Of a stretch of DNA of 64,000 nt, positions 1 to 8,400 are shown one piece after another. Both the position numbers and the translations under genes were made by a program. Each line of letters opens with the position of its first letter. Position 1 is the stretch's first letter. The notes below the pieces were generated by a model, which was not told the DNA's origin, did not search any database, and saw only the letters and a list, made by a program, of their open reading frames with translations. This stretch comes from Sulfurovum sp. UBA12169 (lineage in GTDB: Bacteria > Campylobacterota > Campylobacteria > Campylobacterales > Sulfurovaceae): the NCBI GenBank assembly GCA_002742845.1, contig DLUH01000002.1:56848-120847 (forward strand), given 5' to 3'.

Positions 1-404
1 TTTCCCTTTTTATAGATCCCGATCTCAATACTGTACAAAAAGCAAACACAGTCGGGGCAGAATGGATAGAATTTCATACAGGAAAATATGCCAATCTTTA
101 TGCGATGCTCTATGGCAATCTGGCCAAGACACACCATAGCATTCTCGAACTTGAACTTCCAAGAAGCACCTTAAAGCAGATGCTTGAAAATGAATTGAAA
201 AATATCAAATGGTTAAGCGGTGAAGCTGTCAAAACGGGACTTAAGGTTGCAGCAGGGCATGGACTGAATTATCAAAATGTCAAAGAAATCGTTGCCATAG
301 AGACCATCGAGGAGCTTAATATCGGCCAAAGCATCATTGCACGCTCTGTGTTTACCGGACTCGAACAAGCCATACTTGATATGAAAGCCTTGCTTTTACG
401 ATGA
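1..404 (+). CDS. pdxJ: Pyridoxine 5'-phosphate synthase (5' truncated by the window edge)
   Basis: Frame from nt 3 reads SLFIDPD...IEFHTGKYA, then VAAGHGLNY and ELNIGQSIIARS. Lies directly before pdxA. Confidence 0.95.
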   Translation, partial: SLFIDPDLNTVQKANTVGAEWIEFHTGKYANLYAMLYGNLAKTHHSILELELPRSTLKQMLENELKNIKWLSGEAVKTGLKVAAGHGLNYQNVKEIVAIETIEELNIGQSIIARSVFTGLEQAILDMKALLLR

Positions 405-1321
405 TGCAAAAAAAAGTAGCTATCAGTATCGGCGATCTAAACGGTATAGGCATAGAACTTGCTTTACGCAATCATGCTGTCATTTCCAAAAAAGTTTCTC
501 CGTTGTATTGTATCGATCCTGTCATGTTAAAGCAGGCGGCAAATAAACTGCAGCTTGAAATACCTTTGGATTTTCGAACCGTTGATGCCATTGCGCCTTC
601 TTTTGATATACAGCCCGGAGTAGTCTCTAAAAAGAGCGGTGCTTATGCCTATGCTTCTTTTGTTAAAGCAGTTCAGCTTGCAAAAACAAACAACGTAGAG
701 GCTATCACCACTCTTCCTATCCATAAAAAAGCATGGGAGCTTGCGGGCGTAAAATATAAAGGGCACACTGATGCTCTTAGGGATTTTTTTGGGCGTGACG
801 CCATCATGATGCTTGGTTGTCCGCAAATGTACGTAGCACTTTTTACTGAGCATATTCCTCTCAAAGAAGTGGCTGGCTGCATCAATGAAAAAGATTTGAC
901 ACGCTTTTTGATTGACTTTTATCTTGCGATAAAACCCACTAAGAATGTAGCCGTTCTGGGGCTCAATCCTCATGCAGGAGATGACGGCGTTTTGGGGAAT
1001 GAAGAATCTATCATTCAACAGGCTATTAAAAATGCACACCGGCATATCGGACATAAAATATTTACTTCCCCGCTTGTACCGGATGTTGCCTTTACTCCCA
1101 AAGTCAGAAAAAATTATACGCACTATATTGCTATGTACCACGACCAGGGGCTGGCTCCTCTTAAGGCGCTCTATTTTGACGAAGGGATCAATATTTCTTT
1201 AAACCTGCCTATCCTTAGAACATCGGTTGATCACGGCACTGCGTTTGATATTGCCTACAAAAACGAAAGCCTTAACAGCCTAAGCTATATCAATGCTGTT
1301 AATTATATTTTTGAGAGCTAA
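401..1321 (+). CDS. pdxA: 4-hydroxythreonine-4-phosphate dehydrogenase
   Basis: GDLNGIG, GHTD, GLNPHAG, MYHDQG and RTSVDHGTAFDIA motifs. Confidence 0.96.
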   Translation: MMQKKVAISIGDLNGIGIELALRNHAVISKKVSPLYCIDPVMLKQAANKLQLEIPLDFRTVDAIAPSFDIQPGVVSKKSGAYAYASFVKAVQLAKTNNVEAITTLPIHKKAWELAGVKYKGHTDALRDFFGRDAIMMLGCPQMYVALFTEHIPLKEVAGCINEKDLTRFLIDFYLAIKPTKNVAVLGLNPHAGDDGVLGNEESIIQQAIKNAHRHIGHKIFTSPLVPDVAFTPKVRKNYTHYIAMYHDQGLAPLKALYFDEGINISLNLPILRTSVDHGTAFDIAYKNESLNSLSYINAVNYIFES

Positions 1322-1545
1322 AAAAGCACCTTGTTTTCTTCTTCGATGGTTTCGCATTGATCATTCATGCGTTCACTAAGTACTTTCTGGCACTTTTGGC
1401 AAACATAACGATAATTTTGCATATCATAGTAGATTTCATCTCCTGTATGCAAATCTTCATAACACTCACCGCACACGTTCGTTACCCGCAAAAGGGTCCC
1501 TTCTGTTGCGTCTTCTCTTATGAAGCACGGACTACTGCTGCTCAT
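1318..1545 (-). CDS. Small hypothetical protein with two CxxC motifs (putative Zn ribbon)
   Basis: CGEC...CQKC. SD AGGAG precedes the ATG. Overlaps the stop of the upstream TPR gene. Confidence 0.65.
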   Translation of the reverse strand: MSSSSPCFIREDATEGTLLRVTNVCGECYEDLHTGDEIYYDMQNYRYVCQKCQKVLSERMNDQCETIEEENKVLF

Positions 1546-2191
1546 TTGCTTCTCCTGAAAGCTGATCCATCATCTTTTTAGCTTCATTCAATGCATTATC
1601 AAGCTCGTAGGCCTTTTGGTATGCATCCAATGCCAACTTTTTACGGCCCAGACCGTAGAGCGTATTGGCATAATTAAAATAATGGGGAGCATATTCAGAA
1701 TCTAGTGCAATAGCGCGCTCATGATGCACAAGCGCTTCTTCTTCTTTTCCCAACTTATAGAGTGCATTGGCAAGACTTGCATGCGCTAAATCATCTTCTT
1801 CATCCCAAAAAAGTATCTTTTCATAAGCCTCTTTTGCCTTATCATATTCTTTGATTTGAAGATAAACATAACCGATTCGCTTCAACGTCTCAATACTTTT
1901 TTCATCAACAATCAGTGCACTTTGCAGTGCCTTCAGTGCTTCGAGCATATCTCCTTTTGCTACAGCGTCATCTGCCATCTGCAGCAGAGTTTCCATCCGT
2001 GCAGGCTGCTCTTCTTTGGGAGTAGAAAATATTTTATCAGGCCGTGAAATGCCCCCAATCTGTTCGTTGGCCGTTTTTGCTTCAAAATCTACGCCTCTTT
2101 TGGGGTGATTTCCCGACAAGAGCTGCTTAAAAAAAAGATAAAAAACTGTCCCCGCAACGACGAGAAGCAAAAGTTGAAAAATAGTCATCAA
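1532..2191 (-). CDS. Membrane-anchored TPR protein
   Basis: N-terminal hydrophobic helix followed by about 4 TPR repeats (e.g. HYFNYANTLYGLGRKKLALDAYQKAYELD). SD AGGGAG. Confidence 0.88.
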   Translation of the reverse strand: MMTIFQLLLLVVAGTVFYLFFKQLLSGNHPKRGVDFEAKTANEQIGGISRPDKIFSTPKEEQPARMETLLQMADDAVAKGDMLEALKALQSALIVDEKSIETLKRIGYVYLQIKEYDKAKEAYEKILFWDEEDDLAHASLANALYKLGKEEEALVHHERAIALDSEYAPHYFNYANTLYGLGRKKLALDAYQKAYELDNALNEAKKMMDQLSGEANEQQ

Positions 2192-2249
2192 AACTCCCTC
2201 TTTAAATAACGAATGATAGGGTAATCTAACTTAAATCCAAAGAAATTAT

Positions 2250-2516
2250 TTATTTTTGGAGTTGTAAAGCAATGCATTTTATGGTTTCATCCATCTCTTC
2301 TTTGGTTTTAAATACAAAAGAGTGTTTTTCCTCTTCTCCTAAATACACAAAAATACCAAATCCCACCACTTCTACTTTACCTTTGGCTTCCATGCTCAAC
2401 CACTCAAGGCTTACTTGTGTGGTCTCCTCCTCATAGCCTGTTTTTATAACCGCTGCCGGATAGAGCTGTGTAATCTTTGCCGTATCAAATTGTTTATCTT
2501 CTATTGTAATTATCAT
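2250..2516 (-). CDS. Hypothetical protein (88 aa), probably leaderless
   Basis: ORF fills the gap between neighbours. TATAAT lies 6 nt before the ATG and there is no SD. Confidence 0.7.
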   Translation of the reverse strand: MIITIEDKQFDTAKITQLYPAAVIKTGYEEETTQVSLEWLSMEAKGKVEVVGFGIFVYLGEEEKHSFVFKTKEEMDETIKCIALQLQK

Positions 2517-2522
2517 AGGGTG

Positions 2523-2535
2523 ATTATAGTATAAT
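2523..2535. promoter_or_regulatory. Back-to-back sigma70 -10 boxes (ATTATA-G-TATAAT), a bidirectional promoter
   Basis: Perfect TATAAT on each strand between divergent genes. Confidence 0.65.
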
Positions 2536-2651
2536 CTTCCTATTCATTTGGTGGACGCTTTTCGAGCAAAACCAAAAAAACAGTTCGCTGTCGCCGCAAT
2601 AACGTAGGCAGCTAACAGGATGCAGCCGGCTTCATCAAACAAAAACAAGGA

Positions 2652-3101
2652 GTGACCATGAGTCTAAAAGAACAAATCAAGAACGATATGAAAGAGGCGA
2701 TGAGAGCCAAAGAGAATGCAAAAAGAGACACACTCAGAAATATTCAAGCAGCCATCAAACAGATTGAAGTGGATGAACGCAAAGAACTGACCGATGCAGA
2801 GGTGGAAAAAATTCTTTTAAAATACGCCAAACAGAGAGAAGATGCCTTGGTACAGTTCAAGGAAGCCGAACGTCATGATCTTGTTGCCAAAGAAGAAGCA
2901 GAGCTTGCCCTTGTAAAAAGCTACTTGCCAGAACCGTTAGGAGATGCTGAGCTGGAAAATATACTCAAAGAAATTATCGTCTCAGCAGGTGCTTCGAGTA
3001 TGGCTGACATAGGCAAAGTGATGGGTGCGGCAAAAGCAGCCGTAGGAAGCCGTGCAGATGGCGGCCGCATCAACCAGGCAGTAAAAAAATTACTTTCTTA
3101 A
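2652..3101 (+). CDS. yqeY: GatB/YqeY domain protein
   Basis: SLKEQIKNDMKEAMRAK, KQREDA, DIGKVMGAAK and GRADGGRI. SD AAGGAG. Confidence 0.93.
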   Translation: MTMSLKEQIKNDMKEAMRAKENAKRDTLRNIQAAIKQIEVDERKELTDAEVEKILLKYAKQREDALVQFKEAERHDLVAKEEAELALVKSYLPEPLGDAELENILKEIIVSAGASSMADIGKVMGAAKAAVGSRADGGRINQAVKKLLS

Positions 3102-3107
3102 AAAGAA

Positions 3108-3144
3108 AAAACCGAGGGCCGAACTAGTTTCGGCCGTCGGTTTT
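3108..3144. terminator. Bidirectional intrinsic terminator between convergent yqeY and trpC
   Basis: AAAACCGA-g-GGCCGAA-ctagt-TTCGGCC-g-TCGGTTTT hairpin flanked by A and T runs. Confidence 0.8.
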
Positions 3145-3185
3145 ATGGTCAATACGCCGGGTTGGCCCTTGTTGTTGAAATAAAA

Positions 3186-3980
3186 CTACTTTCCGTACTT
3201 TACTTCTCTAATTGCCTTGGTAACATCCTCTTGTTTCATAAAATGTTCGCCCACCAAGAAAGCATCGGCTCCTATTTTGGCAAGTTCAACTACAGTCTCA
3301 TGATCATTGATACCGCTTTCAGCTACGATAATCTTACCATTTGGGATAAGCGGGATAAGTTTTTCGCTAAGACTCATATCCATTTCAAAAGTCTCCAAAT
3401 TTCTATGGTTGATGCCGATAATAGTGGCTCCGGCAAATATCGCTTTTATCAGATCGGTTTTGTCGTGAACCTCAACAAGCACTTCTAGCCCCATATGCAA
3501 CGCATATTCATAAAGTTCTTTGAGTTCTTTGCGAGAGAGTGCTTTTGCGATAAGTAAGATAAAATCCGCTCCATAGACCAATGCTTCAACAATCTGATAT
3601 TTGTCCACAATGAAATCTTTTCTGAGTAAGGGAAGATTCACATACCGGCGAACCATGCCCAAATATTCGATATTTCCTTTAAAAAAGTGCGGTTCCGTCA
3701 GTATCGAAAGAGCATCCGCTCCGCCCTTTTCATACTGTTGCGCGATACGTACCGGATCAAAATCTTTGCGAATCACGCCTTTGCTTGGGCTTGCTTTTTT
3801 TATTTCAGCAATAATACGATAAGGATTTTCTTCTGTAGAGCGTAAAGCAGACTGCACATCTTTGGGCACAAAAGGATTGAAAGAGAGAGAACGCCCCAGC
3901 CATTCCAATGGATATTCTGCTTTTCTTTTTTTTAAATCTTCTTTGGTCTGCTTTATAATCTCATCCAATATTCGAGCCAT
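3186..3980 (-). CDS. trpC: Indole-3-glycerol phosphate synthase
   Basis: [35 protein letters not shown] and VAESGI motifs. Confidence 0.97.
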   Translation of the reverse strand: MARILDEIIKQTKEDLKKRKAEYPLEWLGRSLSFNPFVPKDVQSALRSTEENPYRIIAEIKKASPSKGVIRKDFDPVRIAQQYEKGGADALSILTEPHFFKGNIEYLGMVRRYVNLPLLRKDFIVDKYQIVEALVYGADFILLIAKALSRKELKELYEYALHMGLEVLVEVHDKTDLIKAIFAGATIIGINHRNLETFEMDMSLSEKLIPLIPNGKIIVAESGINDHETVVELAKIGADAFLVGEHFMKQEDVTKAIREVKYGK

Positions 3981-4026
3981 ACCTCTGCCTTAGAGTAGTT
4001 TTTTGCGTATTATATCCAAAAGCAAT

Positions 4027-5283
4027 CTATTTACACTTTTGGATCTTTTCCCAATGGTCTGCAATCTCAGGCTCTTCAATCCCCTCTTGGTCTACAACCT
4101 TTTTCATCATCTCATAAGCTTTTTCGCATTGATGCTCTTTGTAATATCCCCAAGCCAACGAATCAAGATAATAGGAATTATTGGGCTGCTGCACCAATGC
4201 ATCTTCGATAATCTTCATACCTTTTTTGATATCAATCTCTTTGTCAATCAGTGTGTATCCATAATAGTTAAGGTAAACACTGTCGTCTACGCCCATTTCA
4301 ATCGCTTTTTCAAAAAAGGCGATGACTTCTTGTATCATTTTTTTATCGTCTTTATTTTGGGCTCCCTCAAAAGTAAGTATCGCTTTTTCAGCAAGCCACC
4401 TTGGATCTTTTTCATTTTCATAAAATTGATCTGCAAGTACTATGGCTTTTTTAAAATCTTTTTTTTCTTTATAGAGCGCATAAAGTATATCTTTCCCCTC
4501 ATGATTAGTTTCCAAAAATACGATCGCCCCTTCAATATCTTTTTTATAGGCATACGCATCAATAATTTTGCTTAAAAATTCTTTTTGAGGATCTTTTGCA
4601 TAAAGCGCCTTATAGGTTTCCAAGACGCCATCAATGTCATTTTGCTTCACATACAGCGATAACAGCTGAAGATAAACCTCATTGCTGGAATTATGATGCA
4701 TGCGCCGATGCATTTCTAAAAGCTGTATAGCTCTTTTTTGTTCATTGGTATACTCATTCATAATGACAGACATTCGCAAAAGTACATCTTCATTGGCTGT
4801 TTTTTCATATACTTTGGTCAAAATTTCCAGCGCTCTTTTAAATTCTCCCGTATACAAAAATGGATTGGAAGCCAGTTCAAGATCGATTGCCGTGTCTGAT
4901 CTCTCCAAAAGATATTCTGCCTCTTTTTTTGCTTCCTTGACATCATCATTGACAAGATACAAAGGGATTAAAAGCCGCTTCACCTCTAAAGTTTCCGGAT
5001 GCTTTTTATCCCACAGTTTCAATCTGGTGATACTTTGTGATATATTGGTTTTGCCCAACAAAGAAGAGGTAATCTCCTTAAAAAGATACACTTTGTCTCC
5101 TGTAGTATCAAAAAGCTTTCCATACAATTCCCTGCTTTGCTCAAACGCACCGATCTCTTCATAAAAAAGTCCCCTGATGATAAGCTCATCTTCACTTAAA
5201 ACCATTAATTCTTTAGCTTGAATACTGCCAAAGCATAGGACAAAAATAGTGACAAATATAGATATTATACGATTCCGGGACAC
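4027..5283 (-). CDS. Exported TPR-repeat protein
   Basis: Signal-peptide-like N-terminus. C-terminal YLNYYGYTLID and YLDSLAWGYYK TPRs. Confidence 0.88.
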   Translation of the reverse strand: MSRNRIISIFVTIFVLCFGSIQAKELMVLSEDELIIRGLFYEEIGAFEQSRELYGKLFDTTGDKVYLFKEITSSLLGKTNISQSITRLKLWDKKHPETLEVKRLLIPLYLVNDDVKEAKKEAEYLLERSDTAIDLELASNPFLYTGEFKRALEILTKVYEKTANEDVLLRMSVIMNEYTNEQKRAIQLLEMHRRMHHNSSNEVYLQLLSLYVKQNDIDGVLETYKALYAKDPQKEFLSKIIDAYAYKKDIEGAIVFLETNHEGKDILYALYKEKKDFKKAIVLADQFYENEKDPRWLAEKAILTFEGAQNKDDKKMIQEVIAFFEKAIEMGVDDSVYLNYYGYTLIDKEIDIKKGMKIIEDALVQQPNNSYYLDSLAWGYYKEHQCEKAYEMMKKVVDQEGIEEPEIADHWEKIQKCK

Positions 5284-5639
5284 TCTCTTCTTACCTCATC
5301 TTCATTATTTTTAAATTGTTGCCAAAATGGAAAAGTGCGGCATTGCAGAGGCCGTACAGGATACACAGAACAGCGGTTTTTAGATTCATCAAAAAAAATA
5401 CAGGCAAAATTGTCTTTCGCAAGAGGTTTTTCTGTAAGGGAATAACGATGTTTTACTTTGCGCAGATATAGTGCAGCAAACCCTTCGACGCTAAACCCTA
5501 AAAATGCTGCCATTTTTTCTATTTCGTCATAGTTTATCCAGATATATCCGCTCTCGCCCGTACAACAGCGTCCGCCGCATGCTTCGCAGGCGTTAGGTGC
5601 AAACTTATAGCTGTAGCCTTCCTCTGTTATTAAGTCCAA
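5265..5639 (-). CDS. YkgJ-family cysteine-cluster (Fe-S/Zn) protein
   Basis: CEACGGRCC, CIFF, CSVYPVRPLQCRTFPF. Confidence 0.9.
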   Translation of the reverse strand: MDLITEEGYSYKFAPNACEACGGRCCTGESGYIWINYDEIEKMAAFLGFSVEGFAALYLRKVKHRYSLTEKPLAKDNFACIFFDESKNRCSVYPVRPLQCRTFPFWQQFKNNEDEVRRECPGIV

Positions 5640-5651
5640 TATTGCTATCCT

Positions 5652-6365
5652 TTATACCAGTTGTTTTTCTTCAAAATCACCCTTAATACTGTGTGTATCT
5701 GCCCGCTCGAATACTCCGGCTGCCTCTAAAGTATAGTTACCCTCCGCATCAAAAACAACCAAAGGCGGCATTACTTGCGTCATTGCTTTTGAATTCATAC
5801 GCGCAGCAATCATGACCAATTTAGACTCTCGGTCTATTTTCGAGTGGATAAAACGTATTTTCTCTGGGTTTATACCATTTATTTTTAAATGATGCAAGAG
5901 CAAATCAATCTGTTTTGCATCATAACAGAAAATAAACCATCCTCTTGGCTTGAGTTGTCTTTTTGCTTTTGCTACAAAAGTATCTATCGGGAGATGGTGG
6001 GCATAGCGCGCTATGTTAAGATGCACATTCTCGCTTTGTGTGACTTTGCTATCATAAAAGGGAGGATTGGAAACAATAAAATCAAATTTTTCATCCAAAG
6101 ACAACATTACAAAATCTCCCAAATAGGCATTTACGTTTATGCTATTCACAAAATAATTATGCCTAGCATAAACAAGCATCTTTTCTTGCTTGTCAATAAC
6201 GCTTGTTTTTATTGGAAAATCTCTGCTCAAAAGCAAGGAGATAATTCCCGCTCCGCATCCTACATCCAAAAGCGCTCCCCTCGGAGAGAATGAAGAGATA
6301 AAATCGTATAAAAATATTGAATCACTATTGTAGCAGTAACCGCTGCTTGGCTGGTAGAGTAACAA
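5652..6365 (-). CDS. tRNA1(Val) adenine(37)-N6 methyltransferase-like SAM methyltransferase
   Basis: YQPSSGYCYNSDS, LDVGCGAG and VSNPPF motifs. Start placed at TTG 6365 (MLLYQP); the ORF track extends to 6434. Confidence 0.85.
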   Translation of the reverse strand: MLLYQPSSGYCYNSDSIFLYDFISSFSPRGALLDVGCGAGIISLLLSRDFPIKTSVIDKQEKMLVYARHNYFVNSINVNAYLGDFVMLSLDEKFDFIVSNPPFYDSKVTQSENVHLNIARYAHHLPIDTFVAKAKRQLKPRGWFIFCYDAKQIDLLLHHLKINGINPEKIRFIHSKIDRESKLVMIAARMNSKAMTQVMPPLVVFDAEGNYTLEAAGVFERADTHSIKGDFEEKQLV

Positions 6366-6517
6366 ATAAAAAACCTTTTTAACATAATTAAACTTACCTA
6401 TTTTTGTCCCAAACCCGTTCTCAAACCAAATCAAACAACGATGCGGCCAGGAGAATCATGTCTATTGAGTATTTAAACAGTAGCAGATTTTACACTAATT
6501 TCAGTATAATCGCGGTT

Positions 6518-7282
6518 ATGAATGAAAAGTTAGACTTACTCTATCCTCCGTCAACGGATTTTTCGATGCTGGATTATGATTGCGCCTATATTCCGGGAAA
6601 TTCTGTGCGTATGAACTATAAGTATGTTCCCCATGCAAGCAAAGCGTTTGCGACTGCCGTTATTGAAAGGGGATGGAGGCGTTTTGGAAAATACTATTTT
6701 CACCCCATATGCAATGGGTGCAACGAATGCAAAAGCATACGTATCAATGTGCATGATTTCCACTATAGCAAATCACAAAAAAAAGTAATCAAACGCAATA
6801 AAGAAACAGAGATACTCGTCCAAAAACCCACCCTGACATCATCGCATATTGCCCTTTACAATAAATATCATTCCCATAAACACCATAAAGACGGTTGGCA
6901 GCACCGCAATATCTCTCAGCGGGAATATTATGAAAATTTTGTTGAAGGTGCGCATGATTTTGGAAAAGAGGTTCTCTATGTGAGAGAGGGCAAACTTATC
7001 GGAGTGGATCTGATCGATATCCTTGATGACGGGATCAGCGCAATCTATTTCTATTATGATCCTGACTATGCCGATCTTTCTTTGGGAACATACTCGTTGC
7101 TGTATCAGATCAAACTCGCCAAGATTCTTGATCTTCCATGGATCTATCTGGGATACTGGGTTGATGGATGCAAAGCGTTTGCTTATAAACCAAAATTCAA
7201 ACCCCAAGAGATACTTGACGGATTTCCTGATGTAACCGTAAATCCTCATTGGAAACACTGGAATATCAATAATACGCAATAA
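6518..7282 (+). CDS. Arginyl-tRNA--protein transferase family (ATE1-like/Bpt aminoacyl transferase)
   Basis: CAYIPG, GWRRFGKYYFHPICNGCNECKSIR, SAIYFYYDPD, SLGTYSLL and YLGYWV. Start placed at ATG 6518, 7 nt after TATAAT. Confidence 0.92.
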   Translation: MNEKLDLLYPPSTDFSMLDYDCAYIPGNSVRMNYKYVPHASKAFATAVIERGWRRFGKYYFHPICNGCNECKSIRINVHDFHYSKSQKKVIKRNKETEILVQKPTLTSSHIALYNKYHSHKHHKDGWQHRNISQREYYENFVEGAHDFGKEVLYVREGKLIGVDLIDILDDGISAIYFYYDPDYADLSLGTYSLLYQIKLAKILDLPWIYLGYWVDGCKAFAYKPKFKPQEILDGFPDVTVNPHWKHWNINNTQ

Positions 7283-7290
7283 ATTAGTGG

Positions 7291-8400
7291 CTATTTATAC
7301 TGTTTTCTACACCATTTGAAAAATAATCTGTCCGGGTCGATACGCTTGTCAATCTCTTTTGCATCAAGGATATAATCAGCCAACCATTTTCCCATCAAAG
7401 GTCCAAAAACGAATCCCCTGCCGCCAAAACCACTGCAGATATACAGATTTTCCAAATATCTGAGTTTAGGTGTGGCACCCCGAATGATATCCGGATAAGC
7501 TTCAAGCATAAAAGGCACATCGATAACCCTGCCTACCAATGGAAAATAATCTCTGCTTCCTGCTCTCATTCCGCATACTGTTTTAACAAGATCCATATCC
7601 GAAGTATCGACTAGGGCAGAAGCTTTCTCTTTTAGCCCCAATGCCTGCTCGTCCTCGCAAACAATCGGTTTCTTGATATTTTTTTCATGGGTGGCACCCA
7701 GTCTGATGATTCCGTTCATGTTTGCCGAAACCGACATAGACTGGTGCATGCTGACTTTAAGTGAAAGGTTTGAACTAAAATCCCCCCTTGTCCCCCAGGT
7801 TCCTTTCGTCCCCATATAACGCATATCAAAAAGCCTATTTTCATAGCCTGTGGCCAAAACTGCATTTTTAGCCCGATGTTCCCCCGCCTGCCACACGCCA
7901 TGTTCAAAAACAAGCTCTTCGGCTTCATCTTGAATGTACGCTATGCCTTTCAAAAGTGCATGGCACATATCAGGCGCATCACACACACCCGCATCAGGGA
8001 AAAAGAAACTCTCCAATGGAGTTTTGATACCCAGTGCCCTCAATTTTTCTCCACGAAAATGTGTATAACGGTTTTCATTGGATGGCTCATAAAGGGGAAA
8101 CTTTGCTGCATCTTCTTCATCCTTAGGAATGCGCACAACACCGCTTTGATGATAAAAAGCAGGAAAATACTCAAGATAAAAGTTTGTGGCAAACTCAAAG
8201 GCTTCATTGGTTAGAGATTGAAGCGGTCCGCCTTTGCCTATCTTGGGAGAGACAAAAGCCCCTGCCGCTCCCGAACCTCCTGATGCAATGCCATTTTTAT
8301 CCATAACCAATACCTTCTGCCCTTTTTGTGAAAGGAAATAGGCAGCAGAAGAACCTGCGATACCACCTCCAATGACAATGGTATCATACGTTATTGGCAT
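7291..8400 (-). CDS. FAD-dependent oxidoreductase resembling the MnmC C-terminal oxidase domain
   Basis: IGGGIAG dinucleotide fold, ASGGSGAAG, G(M)RAGSRDYFPLVG and GFGGRG. No methyltransferase domain. Confidence 0.82.
   Translation of the reverse strand: MPITYDTIVIGGGIAGSSAAYFLSQKGQKVLVMDKNGIASGGSGAAGAFVSPKIGKGGPLQSLTNEAFEFATNFYLEYFPAFYHQSGVVRIPKDEEDAAKFPLYEPSNENRYTHFRGEKLRALGIKTPLESFFFPDAGVCDAPDMCHALLKGIAYIQDEAEELVFEHGVWQAGEHRAKNAVLATGYENRLFDMRYMGTKGTWGTRGDFSSNLSLKVSMHQSMSVSANMNGIIRLGATHEKNIKKPIVCEDEQALGLKEKASALVDTSDMDLVKTVCGMRAGSRDYFPLVGRVIDVPFMLEAYPDIIRGATPKLRYLENLYICSGFGGRGFVFGPLMGKWLADYILDAKEIDKRIDPDRLFFKWCRKQYK

Noticed and set aside
2542-2640. SRP RNA or a known riboswitch
   Set aside because: It lacks the SRP helix-8 motif and the hallmark motifs of the riboswitch classes I compared from memory. 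Kept only as an unknown structured leader.
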